From Candidatus Pacebacteria bacterium CG_4_10_14_0_8_um_filter_42_14 (GTDB lineage Bacteria > Patescibacteriota > Microgenomatia > UBA1400 > PJMF01), in NCBI GenBank assembly GCA_002784625.1, contig PFLP01000005.1, forward strand, positions 1 to 63,443: 63,443 bases of DNA, in the 5' to 3' direction. The notes beneath the pieces were generated by a model. That model had not been told where the DNA came from. It saw only the letters and a program-made list of their open reading frames with translations, and made no database searches. Numbering within the stretch: the stretch's first letter is position 1; every line of letters starts with the position of its first letter. Positions 47,560 through 56,690 of the stretch are shown here, piece after piece. Both the position numbers and the translations under genes were made by a program.

Positions 47560-48738
47560 TCAAGAGAGAACAGCTATTCTCCTTTTTCCTCTTAGGAGCT
47601 TGAGAAGTAAGAAAACCGCTATAAACAAGGCGGCCACGAATCGCAAAGCCCACAGAATACCAAAAACATCACTAACGATCCCAACAACCGGAGCTAGAAC
47701 AGCCAAGACCACTCGTCGGCTCATGTTCAGGAAAGACAAAACTGTTGCACTTCTATTGCTTGGAATAATCGCCAGAACTTGTCGATTGATAAGAATTCTA
47801 CTGACAGACATGGCTGTGAAAATGACTGCCCACAGGGGAATAGCCACAGGACTAAGAATGCTCCCCAAACCGACGAGTGCCACGCTGGTAATCGCAATCA
47901 GATACATATTCTGTTTACTTCCGAATAACTTCTGAAGTGAATCAACACGAAAAAGCACTATGGCGCTCAGAAGATTGCATCCCGCAAAAACTACTCCGAA
48001 AAACTCAGTGGGAACACCTGAAGCCAGCATATATGGCTGAATTAAGAAAATAATTGAAAATAATATTGCTTGAAAAAATGCATATAGAACCGTAATCCAG
48101 ACTAGCGACTTGTTGTTTTTAATTAAGCTGAGACTCTCAGAGATTATCTGGATATAATTCGTGTTTTCATTTCTGTCGAGATTCTCACTCGTTTTTGTAA
48201 AAGTTAAAGCGACTGCCGAACCAGCAATGCTAGCAATTCCTGTAGCGATCAACGAAAAACCCAGTGAAACTGATCCTATGAAACCTCCAACAACACTTGA
48301 AATCATCCTGCCAACTTGCATAAAGCTACTGGCCTTACCTTCAACCGCATTGAATTGATTTTCCTTATCATTTTCTTTCAGGTGCTCGTGAATAAAGGCT
48401 GAATCCACACCAGAAATTAACGACATACCAAGTGCCACAACCAGCTCTCCAATGGCGAATTGAAGGAACGAAGAACCAAATCCATATAAAATGAATCCAA
48501 GACCAAAGATGAATGAGCCAATGATGAGACTGATGCGTTTGCCAAAATAATCAGCAACTGCTCCTGAGGGAATCTCGAGAATCAAAACTCCAATCGAGTA
48601 GATTGACTGAAGTAACATCACCTGAGTCATGTTCAGACCATGTGACAGCCAAAAGAGCACTATAACTGGACTGAAAAATTCTAGCGAGCGCACCGACTGG
48701 AAAAGAAGATACTTGTTTGTTTGAGTACTATTTGACAC
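47560..48738 (-). CDS. MFS transporter
   Basis: 392 aa with about 12 TM helices and an MFS loop motif (GAVADYFGKRISL). Confidence 0.8.
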   Translation of the reverse strand: MSNSTQTNKYLLFQSVRSLEFFSPVIVLFWLSHGLNMTQVMLLQSIYSIGVLILEIPSGAVADYFGKRISLIIGSFIFGLGFILYGFGSSFLQFAIGELVVALGMSLISGVDSAFIHEHLKENDKENQFNAVEGKASSFMQVGRMISSVVGGFIGSVSLGFSLIATGIASIAGSAVALTFTKTSENLDRNENTNYIQIISESLSLIKNNKSLVWITVLYAFFQAILFSIIFLIQPYMLASGVPTEFFGVVFAGCNLLSAIVLFRVDSLQKLFGSKQNMYLIAITSVALVGLGSILSPVAIPLWAVIFTAMSVSRILINRQVLAIIPSNRSATVLSFLNMSRRVVLAVLAPVVGIVSDVFGILWALRFVAALFIAVFLLLKLLRGKRRIAVLS

Positions 48739-48793
48739 AGAGTAGATTGTAGCTTAATAAGCTTACAATCATATGATTGAGATGTACTATAAT

Positions 48794-48822
48794 TTGACAA
48801 GGGATAAATGCTAGAGGATAAT
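48794..48822 (+). promoter_or_regulatory. sigma-70-type promoter for the 126-aa ORF
   Basis: TTGACA (48794-48799), 17-nt spacer, GATAAT (48817-48822). AGGAG SD at 48853-48857. Confidence 0.45.
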
Positions 48823-48865
48823 TAATTTCTAGTAAAAACGACTAGTTAATTAGGAGAAATAGATA

Positions 48866-49246
48866 ATGATTGAAGAACTAACAAATAACGATCAAGCAGA
48901 AAGCCTTGCTAATGAACAATCTACCTTTGCCGTCGCAGAGCAAAGAATTGAAAAATATCTAGACACATTGCCACTTAGCCCAGAAGATGTTGCTGCAATT
49001 AATACCAAGTTAGGTTCTCTTGGAGGAGATAGATTTACATGGGGCATAAGAAGCAATGGAGGGACGGGTAACCCAACTTATCAACTGGTGGCAGCTATTG
49101 ATGGAGGTCAGGAGTTCGTCGTTCCGGCTGTTTTTGATGTTCAAACAGCTCGATCTATTCTTAACCCTGAAGCCGATGTTGGCAATATTTTAGAAACTCA
49201 AATTTCACAGATTGCCTCATTTTCCGATGAAGAAATTAGACATTAG
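48866..49246 (+). CDS. hypothetical protein, 126 aa, acidic
   Basis: ORF with its own promoter and a strong SD. I recognise no domain. Confidence 0.6.
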   Translation: MIEELTNNDQAESLANEQSTFAVAEQRIEKYLDTLPLSPEDVAAINTKLGSLGGDRFTWGIRSNGGTGNPTYQLVAAIDGGQEFVVPAVFDVQTARSILNPEADVGNILETQISQIASFSDEEIRH

Positions 49247-49317
49247 TAATCAGAAGAACTCAGTCTGCCACCAATAACCCAAAGCCCGTAGGGGGAATTC
49301 CTCCTCTAGAATAATTG

Positions 49318-49728
49318 TGGAGATGAGGGGTTATGAACCCCTGTCCGCCCAGGAACAAAAACATCGTCTACAGACATAGGGTATCTTTAAGTGATGACGA
49401 GGCTGATAAAACCCAAACACTTCCTCGTCACTTTCCACCGAAAGTCTTTCACGAGTTCTGGTAGAAACAAGCTCGCTGACACAGTGACTGGGTTTTCACC
49501 TAACACTCACCGCCACTGAGAATGGTGTGTTAAATGCCTACTTATGCAAAATTTACGTTTGCGTAAGCTGGAGTTCCAAATGAAAAAGAATCGTTGATGA
49601 AACTTCTTACAGATGCAACTATACTGTTCATTTTATTGACAGTTGTTTTTTTGATCTTTGTTTATATCTGTGATCAAAGATAATCTGCAGATGTTAATGA
49701 GCGCTGAACGTCGAAGCAATACATCCCC
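49318..49728 (-). ncRNA. ssrA: tmRNA (SsrA)
   Basis: The minus strand starts GGGGATGTATTGCTTCGACG and ends GGACAGGGGTTCATAACCCCTCATCTCCA. The acceptor stem has G3:U70. The internal tag frame ends ...GTPAYANVNFA-TAA, with the stop at 49544-49542. Confidence 0.9.
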
Positions 49729-49741
49729 AACGACATAGTTA

Positions 49742-49770
49742 ATTATAGGATTTTACTCGGGAAAATTCAA
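49742..49770 (-). promoter_or_regulatory. sigma-70-type promoter for ssrA
   Basis: On the minus strand: TTGAAT (49770-49765), 17-nt spacer, TATAAT (49747-49742), then 13 nt to the mature 5' GGGG. Confidence 0.5.
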
Positions 49771-49771
49771 G

Positions 49772-50413
49772 CTACGATTTGCTGGTAGCAACTACTATCG
49801 CAGAAACAGATTTTGCTCCTGATTCTTTGAGCACCAAAGCGCATTGCTGTAAGGTCATACCAGTGGTGGCGACGTCGTCGACAATGAGAACTTTCTTGTC
49901 AATTATTCTGTTTTTTAATCTAGAGTCAACTTCGAAGTGTCCCTGAAGATTGTGAAGTCTCTCAGACTTTGAAGAGGTCGAAGCTTGTGACTTAGATGCA
50001 ACCGTTCTAGTTAACGCCATCACCAAGGGGGATCTCAGGTTACTAGCCAAGGAATTAGCAATCAACTCTGCCTGATTGTAGCCACGAACCCTCAGACGAG
50101 TCGGGTGAATAGGCACGGGCACAATGACTTCGTGATCAGGAATTTTCCCTGAGTGATACATCAGCTCTCCTAGAAAAGTGCCAGCGTCTTTTATCCCACC
50201 ATACTTAAGTCGATGAAGAAGGCTGCGGACGGAATTGCTATAGCCAAGGCAAGCGTGAATGCTGTCGATCGTTGTGTCTTCTAAATCCTGATGTAATGGT
50301 AAATTGCGAAACTCTAAATCGTTATAGCATCGCGGACAAAGCAGAGTAAACCAGTCTCCGCAGCCAGCGCATGTGTGAGGGAATAATAAATCAAGAAGAA
50401 AGGAGAAAAGCAC
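49772..50413 (-). CDS. comFC: ComF-family phosphoribosyltransferase-fold protein
   Basis: N-terminal Cys4 (CAGCGDW..CPRC) and a PRTase motif VLIVDDVATTGMT. Confidence 0.8.
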   Translation of the reverse strand: MLFSFLLDLLFPHTCAGCGDWFTLLCPRCYNDLEFRNLPLHQDLEDTTIDSIHACLGYSNSVRSLLHRLKYGGIKDAGTFLGELMYHSGKIPDHEVIVPVPIHPTRLRVRGYNQAELIANSLASNLRSPLVMALTRTVASKSQASTSSKSERLHNLQGHFEVDSRLKNRIIDKKVLIVDDVATTGMTLQQCALVLKESGAKSVSAIVVATSKS

Positions 50414-50431
50414 TTTCTAAGCTTAACAATT

Positions 50432-52072
50432 CTAGATTTCAAGAAACGTAGCGATTCTTTGAGCAAGTGGGGCCGGAACTTCACCGGAGTGCTCACGGAA
50501 TAAATCAAGTTGTAACTGGAGATTTTCTCGATCTTTTTTCTGCAAATAGATTTCCAGTAGTTTGTAACGCGCCAACACAAAAGAAGGCTGGAGTTCCAGC
50601 GATCTTTTGTATGACAGAATAGCCTCGTCGGTTTTGCCTAAAGAAAGCTGGGTGTTGCCCTTGTTGTAGTGAACTTGTGGATAGACGTCGGCTAAAGCTA
50701 TGGCGGCGTCATACTGTTCGATGGATTTTTCAAGCTGCTTATCATCCGCATAGGCCATGGCTAAATTATTGTGCGTTCGCGCCGACTCTGTGTACCTCAA
50801 GAGGTGTTCATAGAAACGAATAGGTGTACCCCAGAGATAATTTTGTCGCAAAGTCAACAAAATAAAGATTGTCACGATGATTCCAAAAACATTTCGAGTA
50901 ATTTCGTAATGGTTTTTCAAGAAACGTTCAAAAAACAACTTAAACACACCAATAACTGTAATAAAGAAACCCATCATGGGTAAATACAGCCAATGCTCAT
51001 AAAGAACGCCATTAATAGGAATAATTCCCGAGACAGGCGAGATCGTGACAAAGAACCAACCTAATCCGAACCAAATCCAGAGTGTTTTTTTGCGTTTAAA
51101 CTCTAGCCAACCAAAATATGCCAAACTCGCAAGAAAAATCACTGTCATCGCAGTCCAAATAGACGCGAAGCTAGTAACTAGCTCTGTGTCGCGCTCCATA
51201 TGAAGGGGGAAAGGCGCTAGAAGCAGGCGTGCATAGATCCACAGGACTTTTGTGAAGGTCGCTAAACGAATGACGAGGCTCGAAGCATAAGAAGATCCCT
51301 CCCCATAGAAATTAAAGGTGTTATTAAAGTTTAAAACAGTCGAGCGCAGTAGCATATAAACAGAGGCAACAAGAGCAGAGCCGAGCATGGTGCTTATGAC
51401 CCATTTTTTACCTGATTTCAACTTGCCTAGAATAAGTGGTCTCAACGCAATAAGTACCTGTAAACCAACGAAAGTGATACCAATTTCCTTGCTGAGGATG
51501 CTAAAAAGATAACTAGCTATTGTTAGCAGAGTCATCGTAAGACTGCCAATCTGAGTTTTTATATTATATATTGATATATGGATGTTTTTTCCACCCAAAA
51601 TTCTAGAAAATCCCAAAAGACTTAAAAATCCAAAAAAAGTGAAGAGGGAGTCTCCTCTAGAGTTTGCATAGACAACCGCCTCGGTCTGGATTGGGTGAAT
51701 GGCGAATAACACTCCTAGCCAAAAAGAACCTCTTTTCCCCAAGCCAAGAAAGCGTAATAGAAAATAAAGCAAAACCGCATTTGAAGAATGCAACAAGGTG
51801 TTTACTAAATGAAAACCAATTGGATTTAAACCCCAAACCTGATAATCAAAAGCAAAACTAAGCGTAGTCAGGGGACGGTAGTAGTTACTGATCTCTCCAG
51901 CGCCTGCGATGGTGTTAGTAGTGAAGATTTTTGCGACATTAAAGTCTCGAACAAAGACATTCCTATAAATGAACTGCTCGTCATCCCAGACAAACTGATT
52001 GCCGAGTGAGGGCAGATAAACCAAGAAACTGATAAGAAAAATTAGCAGGGCGGAGCGGTAACGAATTAACAT
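50432..52072 (-). CDS. GT-C-type membrane protein with C-terminal TPR repeats (TMTC/PMT-like O-glycosyltransferase)
   Basis: The N-terminus LVYLPSLGNQFVWDDEQFI is typical of the family. About 11 TM helices, then TPR repeats (AMAYADDKQLEKSIEQYDAAIAL...). Confidence 0.7.
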   Translation of the reverse strand: MLIRYRSALLIFLISFLVYLPSLGNQFVWDDEQFIYRNVFVRDFNVAKIFTTNTIAGAGEISNYYRPLTTLSFAFDYQVWGLNPIGFHLVNTLLHSSNAVLLYFLLRFLGLGKRGSFWLGVLFAIHPIQTEAVVYANSRGDSLFTFFGFLSLLGFSRILGGKNIHISIYNIKTQIGSLTMTLLTIASYLFSILSKEIGITFVGLQVLIALRPLILGKLKSGKKWVISTMLGSALVASVYMLLRSTVLNFNNTFNFYGEGSSYASSLVIRLATFTKVLWIYARLLLAPFPLHMERDTELVTSFASIWTAMTVIFLASLAYFGWLEFKRKKTLWIWFGLGWFFVTISPVSGIIPINGVLYEHWLYLPMMGFFITVIGVFKLFFERFLKNHYEITRNVFGIIVTIFILLTLRQNYLWGTPIRFYEHLLRYTESARTHNNLAMAYADDKQLEKSIEQYDAAIALADVYPQVHYNKGNTQLSLGKTDEAILSYKRSLELQPSFVLARYKLLEIYLQKKDRENLQLQLDLFREHSGEVPAPLAQRIATFLEI

Positions 52073-52096
52073 TGATTCAGCCTATCATGGAGGATG

Positions 52097-52170
52097 TGGT
52101 CGCACTAGGACTCGAACCAAGGACCTCACGAATGTGAATCGTGCGCTCTAACCAACTGAGCTATGCGACC
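52097..52170 (-). tRNA. tRNA-Val (anticodon CAC)
   Basis: The reverse complement gives acceptor ggtcgca/tgcgacc, anticodon arm cacga-ttCACat-tcgtg and T arm cttgg-ttcgagt-cctag. Confidence 0.9.
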
Positions 52171-52193
52171 TCAAGACTAGAGTAGTATACCAT

Positions 52194-53252
52194 TCAGAGG
52201 AGACCATTCTCTTCAAGAACTGACCGAACTTCTTGGCTGGAATTTGTTTGAAAAAGAGCTGCCCTGATCGAAGCTGCTTCTGGAACCCCCCTCACATACC
52301 AACCTAAATGCTTTCTCATCGGCAAAAAACTGTATTTTTCTCTCGAAGAGTAGGTTTTCTCAAAAACTTCAGCGTGCTCAACGGCAATCTCATAAATCGT
52401 TGGCGAAACGTGGACACTTTCCCTAAACACAAAAGGATTACCGAATGAAGCTCGACCAATTAAGATGCCATCAAGTTTGTAGGTACTTGCTCGCTCATGG
52501 GCAATTTCTAAAGAAGTGACATCGCCATTCCCCAGAATCAACGTTTCTGACTTAGAAGCTATCTCAGCTGCAATGCCTATTTGTTCCCAATCAGCCGAAC
52601 CACCGTACTGTTGTTTCAAGGTTCTTCCATGAAGAGCAATAGCCACTGGTTCCATCTCTAAAAGCGTTTCCATCCAGTCACGAATGACAGGCTTATCAAA
52701 CCCAATTCTAGTTTTCACACTGACTGGAATGCTTTGTCTCTGTTGATACGCAATTGGCAATAACTCATGGCGGCGCTCAACTTCGCGAGTAATTTCATCA
52801 GAAACGTTGGCGCAGTCCGCTGCAGATTTACCATTAACCCAATCCTCTATGCCCAATTTTGTTTCCTTAATAATTTCTTGAGCTAACTTTGGAGTTGTGA
52901 TTAGTTTGGCGCCTGCTCCTGAGTGAGCGACGTTTTTGGCCGGACAACCCATGTTGATATCAATGCCATCAAATCCTAACTGGCAGAGTAGAGTGGCCGT
53001 TTGGCGAAAAGAATCAGGAGTGGTGCCATAAACCTGTGCGATGACTGGTCTCTGGGTTTCGTCATATAGAAAATCTTTCAGCATGCTGGTGGCGCCATGG
53101 CAGACGCCCTCGACGCTGGCAAACTCCGTATAAACAATGTCGGGCTGACCATATTTTTTTTGGATATAGCGAAATGGTTGATCAGTAACACCATCCATAG
53201 GCGAGAGGCCAATGATTGGTTTTTTCAGTTGTTGCCAAAAGTTAGTTTTCAT
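52194..53252 (-). CDS. dus: tRNA-dihydrouridine synthase
   Basis: LSPMDGVTDQPFR, IDINMGCP and a TIM-barrel FMN pattern. Confidence 0.9.
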   Translation of the reverse strand: MKTNFWQQLKKPIIGLSPMDGVTDQPFRYIQKKYGQPDIVYTEFASVEGVCHGATSMLKDFLYDETQRPVIAQVYGTTPDSFRQTATLLCQLGFDGIDINMGCPAKNVAHSGAGAKLITTPKLAQEIIKETKLGIEDWVNGKSAADCANVSDEITREVERRHELLPIAYQQRQSIPVSVKTRIGFDKPVIRDWMETLLEMEPVAIALHGRTLKQQYGGSADWEQIGIAAEIASKSETLILGNGDVTSLEIAHERASTYKLDGILIGRASFGNPFVFRESVHVSPTIYEIAVEHAEVFEKTYSSREKYSFLPMRKHLGWYVRGVPEAASIRAALFQTNSSQEVRSVLEENGLL

Positions 53253-53297
53253 AATCTCGAGAGATTATACCAATAAGACTGCTACAATAACGCCAAG

Positions 53298-54050
53298 ATG
53301 GCGACGACGACTAAACACATCATATTAGAGAAGTTACGAAACAAGCTGGCAATCGCTGGTCGGCTTAAAGAGTTAAGCCATCTGTATAGTCAAAAGTACA
53401 CCTTTCTTACAGATGAAAACTCCCCATCATTCTGGGATAAGAGATTCCACGAATTTCCAATTGAGCATCCAATGGCCCGCATGCGCGAACGATTCGTGGC
53501 AGAGCACGTCAGTAAAACCCAAAAGCTACTTCACCTTGGAGTTGGCATTGGCACGCTAGAGCAATTACTTTTCCCCGAAATGGCACCAGAAAATTACCTT
53601 GGTACTGATATTACAGCCGATACACTAAAGGCAATCCAAAAAAAATTCCCCAATTATTCTTTTCGCAAAGCATCGCTTTACGCTCTACCATTTGCAGATA
53701 GTTCTTACGAACAAATTGCGCTTTTAGAAGTGCTTGAACACATCCAGCCCCACTTCACTTTTGTTGTCTTGTCAGAAATACATCGGGTGCTAAGAAAGAA
53801 TGGTACTTTTATCGTCAGCATTCCTGTTAACGAAAAACTAGAGTATGTTTTGCCACACAATCCCAACTCTCATCAACGCCTTTATACCAAGGAATTGCTA
53901 ACCTCTGAATTGGGAATTATCGGCTTCAAAGTCATGCATGTAGAACCGTTTTACGCTTTCGGAACGCATTATAAAATTAAGCAAATTCTTAGTAACACTT
54001 TCCATATTAGAAAACCAAATAATCTAGTTTTTGTATGCAAAAAACTGTAG
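53298..54050 (+). CDS. class I SAM-dependent methyltransferase
   Basis: Motif I LLHLGVGIGT, then LLEVLEHI and post-I acidic residues. Confidence 0.75.
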   Translation: MATTTKHIILEKLRNKLAIAGRLKELSHLYSQKYTFLTDENSPSFWDKRFHEFPIEHPMARMRERFVAEHVSKTQKLLHLGVGIGTLEQLLFPEMAPENYLGTDITADTLKAIQKKFPNYSFRKASLYALPFADSSYEQIALLEVLEHIQPHFTFVVLSEIHRVLRKNGTFIVSIPVNEKLEYVLPHNPNSHQRLYTKELLTSELGIIGFKVMHVEPFYAFGTHYKIKQILSNTFHIRKPNNLVFVCKKL

Positions 54051-55057
54051 TCCATCTCTCAAGATTAGCCTATCCTCATCCAGGGGGTGTCGAGCGGCAT
54101 CTCGATGAACTCCTTCCAGAACTAGACAGGCTAGGATTCAAAAATACTGTCCTGACTATTCAAGACGAAAAAAACCAAAAACTAAGTGAGAGTCGCAAGA
54201 CCTACTCAATCATCCGGATCCGAGCTAATAAGCGAACTAAGCTTGGCTACAAGATCTCGATTTGGAAGCAAATAATTAAATACCTTGGATTACTGAGAAC
54301 AGCAGACATAATTCACATCCATGATGTTTTCTGGTGGCCCCTTCCAATCCTGCCATTTATTTCCTGGAAAAAAATATTCATCACCTTTCATGGTTACGAA
54401 AAAGACGACGGCCCTTCCTTTACAGATATTTTTTGGCATCAGCTGGCTGCTAAAGTCTGCCAGGCCAACCTCTGTATTGGAGACTTTCATGCAAAGTGGT
54501 ACAAAATAAAACCAAGTCTGGTCTCGTTCGGCGCAGTTAAATCTTATAAAATTCCAAAAACAACAAAAAAAGCAGGAGCTGTTTTCATTGGTCAACTAAA
54601 AGAGCAAGCTGGCATTATGCAGTATTTAGAGGCGATGAGTTTGCTCAGGAAAAATAAAGATCACCTTTCATTAGATATATTTGGAAATGGACCCCTGGAA
54701 AACATTGCAAGGTCTTACGCTAAGAAACACGATCTTTCTGTTCGTTTTCTTGGCTGGGATGAGAATGCTTATAAAAAAATAGGCCAATACAAGATTGCTT
54801 TTGTATCAAGATACTTAAGTATTATTGAAAGCCTTGCGACGGGAACCTCAGTAATTGCAGTCTCATCAAATGAAATAAAATTTGACTACCTTTCTATGAC
54901 TCCATATTCTAAAGATATTTCCATTGCTGAGTCTGCAGAACAGATTATGAGCTATGCTAAAAAACCAGTTCCTGTCGATAAAAAAATGCAGTCTTGGGCA
55001 AGAGAACAAACATGGGAAAAGCTAGCAAGAAACTATATTGAATTATGGCAAAAGTAA
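54035..55057 (+). CDS. GT-B glycosyltransferase (family 4/1-like)
   Basis: N-terminus PHPGGVERHL and a C-terminal E..(A)TG.(S)VIA motif. Confidence 0.7.
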   Translation: MQKTVVHLSRLAYPHPGGVERHLDELLPELDRLGFKNTVLTIQDEKNQKLSESRKTYSIIRIRANKRTKLGYKISIWKQIIKYLGLLRTADIIHIHDVFWWPLPILPFISWKKIFITFHGYEKDDGPSFTDIFWHQLAAKVCQANLCIGDFHAKWYKIKPSLVSFGAVKSYKIPKTTKKAGAVFIGQLKEQAGIMQYLEAMSLLRKNKDHLSLDIFGNGPLENIARSYAKKHDLSVRFLGWDENAYKKIGQYKIAFVSRYLSIIESLATGTSVIAVSSNEIKFDYLSMTPYSKDISIAESAEQIMSYAKKPVPVDKKMQSWAREQTWEKLARNYIELWQK

Positions 55058-55965
55058 CTGTCATCATCACCGTTCTCAATGAAGAATCAACCATCCCGGA
55101 GCTGCTCACTGGATTAGAAAAGCAATCACTTCAACCAAGTGAAGTGATTATTGTTGATGGGGGCTCAAATGACAAAACAAAGACAATGATCAACAGCCTC
55201 AACAGCAAGTCAACCTTAAACATTAAGCTGCTCCATAAAAAAGGCAATCGCAGCATGGGAAGAAACCTAGCAATTGCTAGAAACAAAACAGATCTAATCG
55301 CCATTACTGACGCAGGCTGTGTGCCAAAGAAAAATTGGCTACAAGAGCTTGTAAAAATACAAGTTGAAACCAAGGCTCCAGTTGTTTCCGGCTACTATGC
55401 TGGTAAGGCAACCACAAGATTCGAAGAAGCAGTCATTCCTTACGCCTTGGTCATGCCTGATAAAGTCGACTCTAATAACTTTTTACCAGCAACTCGCTCA
55501 ATGCTTTTATCAAAGAAAGTATGGGAAAAAATTGGCGGCTTCGATGAAAAACTCTCAGATAATGAAGACTATGCTTTTGCAAGAAAAATCAAGAGAAGTG
55601 ACATAAAAATTGCCTTCGCAGAAAAAGCTATTGTATTTTGGAAACCAAGAAGTAACATTTCAAGTTTTTTTAAAATGATATTTAGATTCGCTCGCGGGGA
55701 TATAAAGGCTGGAATATTAAGACCAAAAGTTATCTTAATTTTTGTTCGCTATCTACTGCTACTTTTGGCAACAATTTTTATATTGAAGTTCAGCGATTTG
55801 AAATCCGTAATACAACTCTGGACGCCACTTTTCGTCCTTTACTCACTTTGGGCCATTGATAAAAATGTTAAATACACACCTAAGGGCTGGTACTTCTTGC
55901 CACTTCTACAGATCACTTCAGATATTGCGGTAATGTCGGGTAGTATTGCCGGACTTATTCTGTAG
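55045..55965 (+). CDS. family 2 glycosyltransferase with C-terminal TM helices
   Basis: VTVIITVLNEE...VIIVDGGSNDKT, DAG and NEDYAF (DxD/ED) motifs. Confidence 0.85.
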   Translation: MAKVTVIITVLNEESTIPELLTGLEKQSLQPSEVIIVDGGSNDKTKTMINSLNSKSTLNIKLLHKKGNRSMGRNLAIARNKTDLIAITDAGCVPKKNWLQELVKIQVETKAPVVSGYYAGKATTRFEEAVIPYALVMPDKVDSNNFLPATRSMLLSKKVWEKIGGFDEKLSDNEDYAFARKIKRSDIKIAFAEKAIVFWKPRSNISSFFKMIFRFARGDIKAGILRPKVILIFVRYLLLLLATIFILKFSDLKSVIQLWTPLFVLYSLWAIDKNVKYTPKGWYFLPLLQITSDIAVMSGSIAGLIL

Positions 55966-56353
55966 TCACGCCATCAAACTCAACATCATTTTCTGCGGCA
56001 ATTTGTTTGGTGGCTCCGATAATGCCATCTTTATGATTAGCGGGAGAGTAAATCGTGTACATCTTTAGGTCATCAGTTTCTGAAACATTAATTATGTTGT
56101 GCTGGGCACCGGCGGGGACTACTAAACAAGAACCGTCAGTCACCAGATATTCATTGTCATCCACAATGCATTTTCCTTGACCTTTCTCGAAGCGGAAGAA
56201 TTGGTCATTAGCAGCGTGAGTCTCGAGGCCGATGTCTTCGCCAGGCTTTAAACTCATCAGCACTAGTTGGGCATGTTTAGAAGTATAAAGAACTTTGCGA
56301 AAATTACTGTTCTGAACAGTCATTTCTTCTAAGTTAGTTGTAAAACCTTTCAT
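55955..56353 (-). CDS. cupin-domain protein
   Basis: G.E.H..NDQFFRF..G and VPAGAQHN cupin motifs. Confidence 0.7.
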   Translation of the reverse strand: MKGFTTNLEEMTVQNSNFRKVLYTSKHAQLVLMSLKPGEDIGLETHAANDQFFRFEKGQGKCIVDDNEYLVTDGSCLVVPAGAQHNIINVSETDDLKMYTIYSPANHKDGIIGATKQIAAENDVEFDGVTTE

Positions 56354-56378
56354 AAAATTCCTTCCGCACTTAAGCCGG

Positions 56379-56690
56379 TTATCTAATTATCTTTATACCC
56401 CTAATTCCTAGAACAAGCGAGACTAGAACGATCGCTTTAAGCACAAAATGACCATTTATATCCAAGAAAGCAGCCGCAAAAGGCGTAATAGTTCCTACCG
56501 AAATGTGAACAATAATACTAACCGGCAACACGAAAAACAACCAATTCTTTTTTGGAATATCTAATCTTAGCAAACGGAAAAATTTCGAAAGCAAAGGTGA
56601 CAGCAAGGCTACTCCAATGTAGGAGACAGTAAAATCAAAAATTGCGTAGCCGCCAATGCGGAAAGACCTAAGATATTCAATTGAGGACAT
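56379..56690 (-). CDS. small membrane protein (3 TM), unknown function
   Basis: 103-aa hydrophobic ORF whose start abuts the stop of the upstream ABC-F gene. Confidence 0.5.
   Translation of the reverse strand: MSSIEYLRSFRIGGYAIFDFTVSYIGVALLSPLLSKFFRLLRLDIPKKNWLFFVLPVSIIVHISVGTITPFAAAFLDINGHFVLKAIVLVSLVLGIRGIKIIR

Noticed and set aside
49597-49683. 28-aa hydrophobic ORF (MKLLTDATILFILLTVVFLIFVYICDQR) on the plus strand
   Set aside because: It is antisense to the tmRNA pseudoknot region. The tmRNA explains the conservation-type features here.
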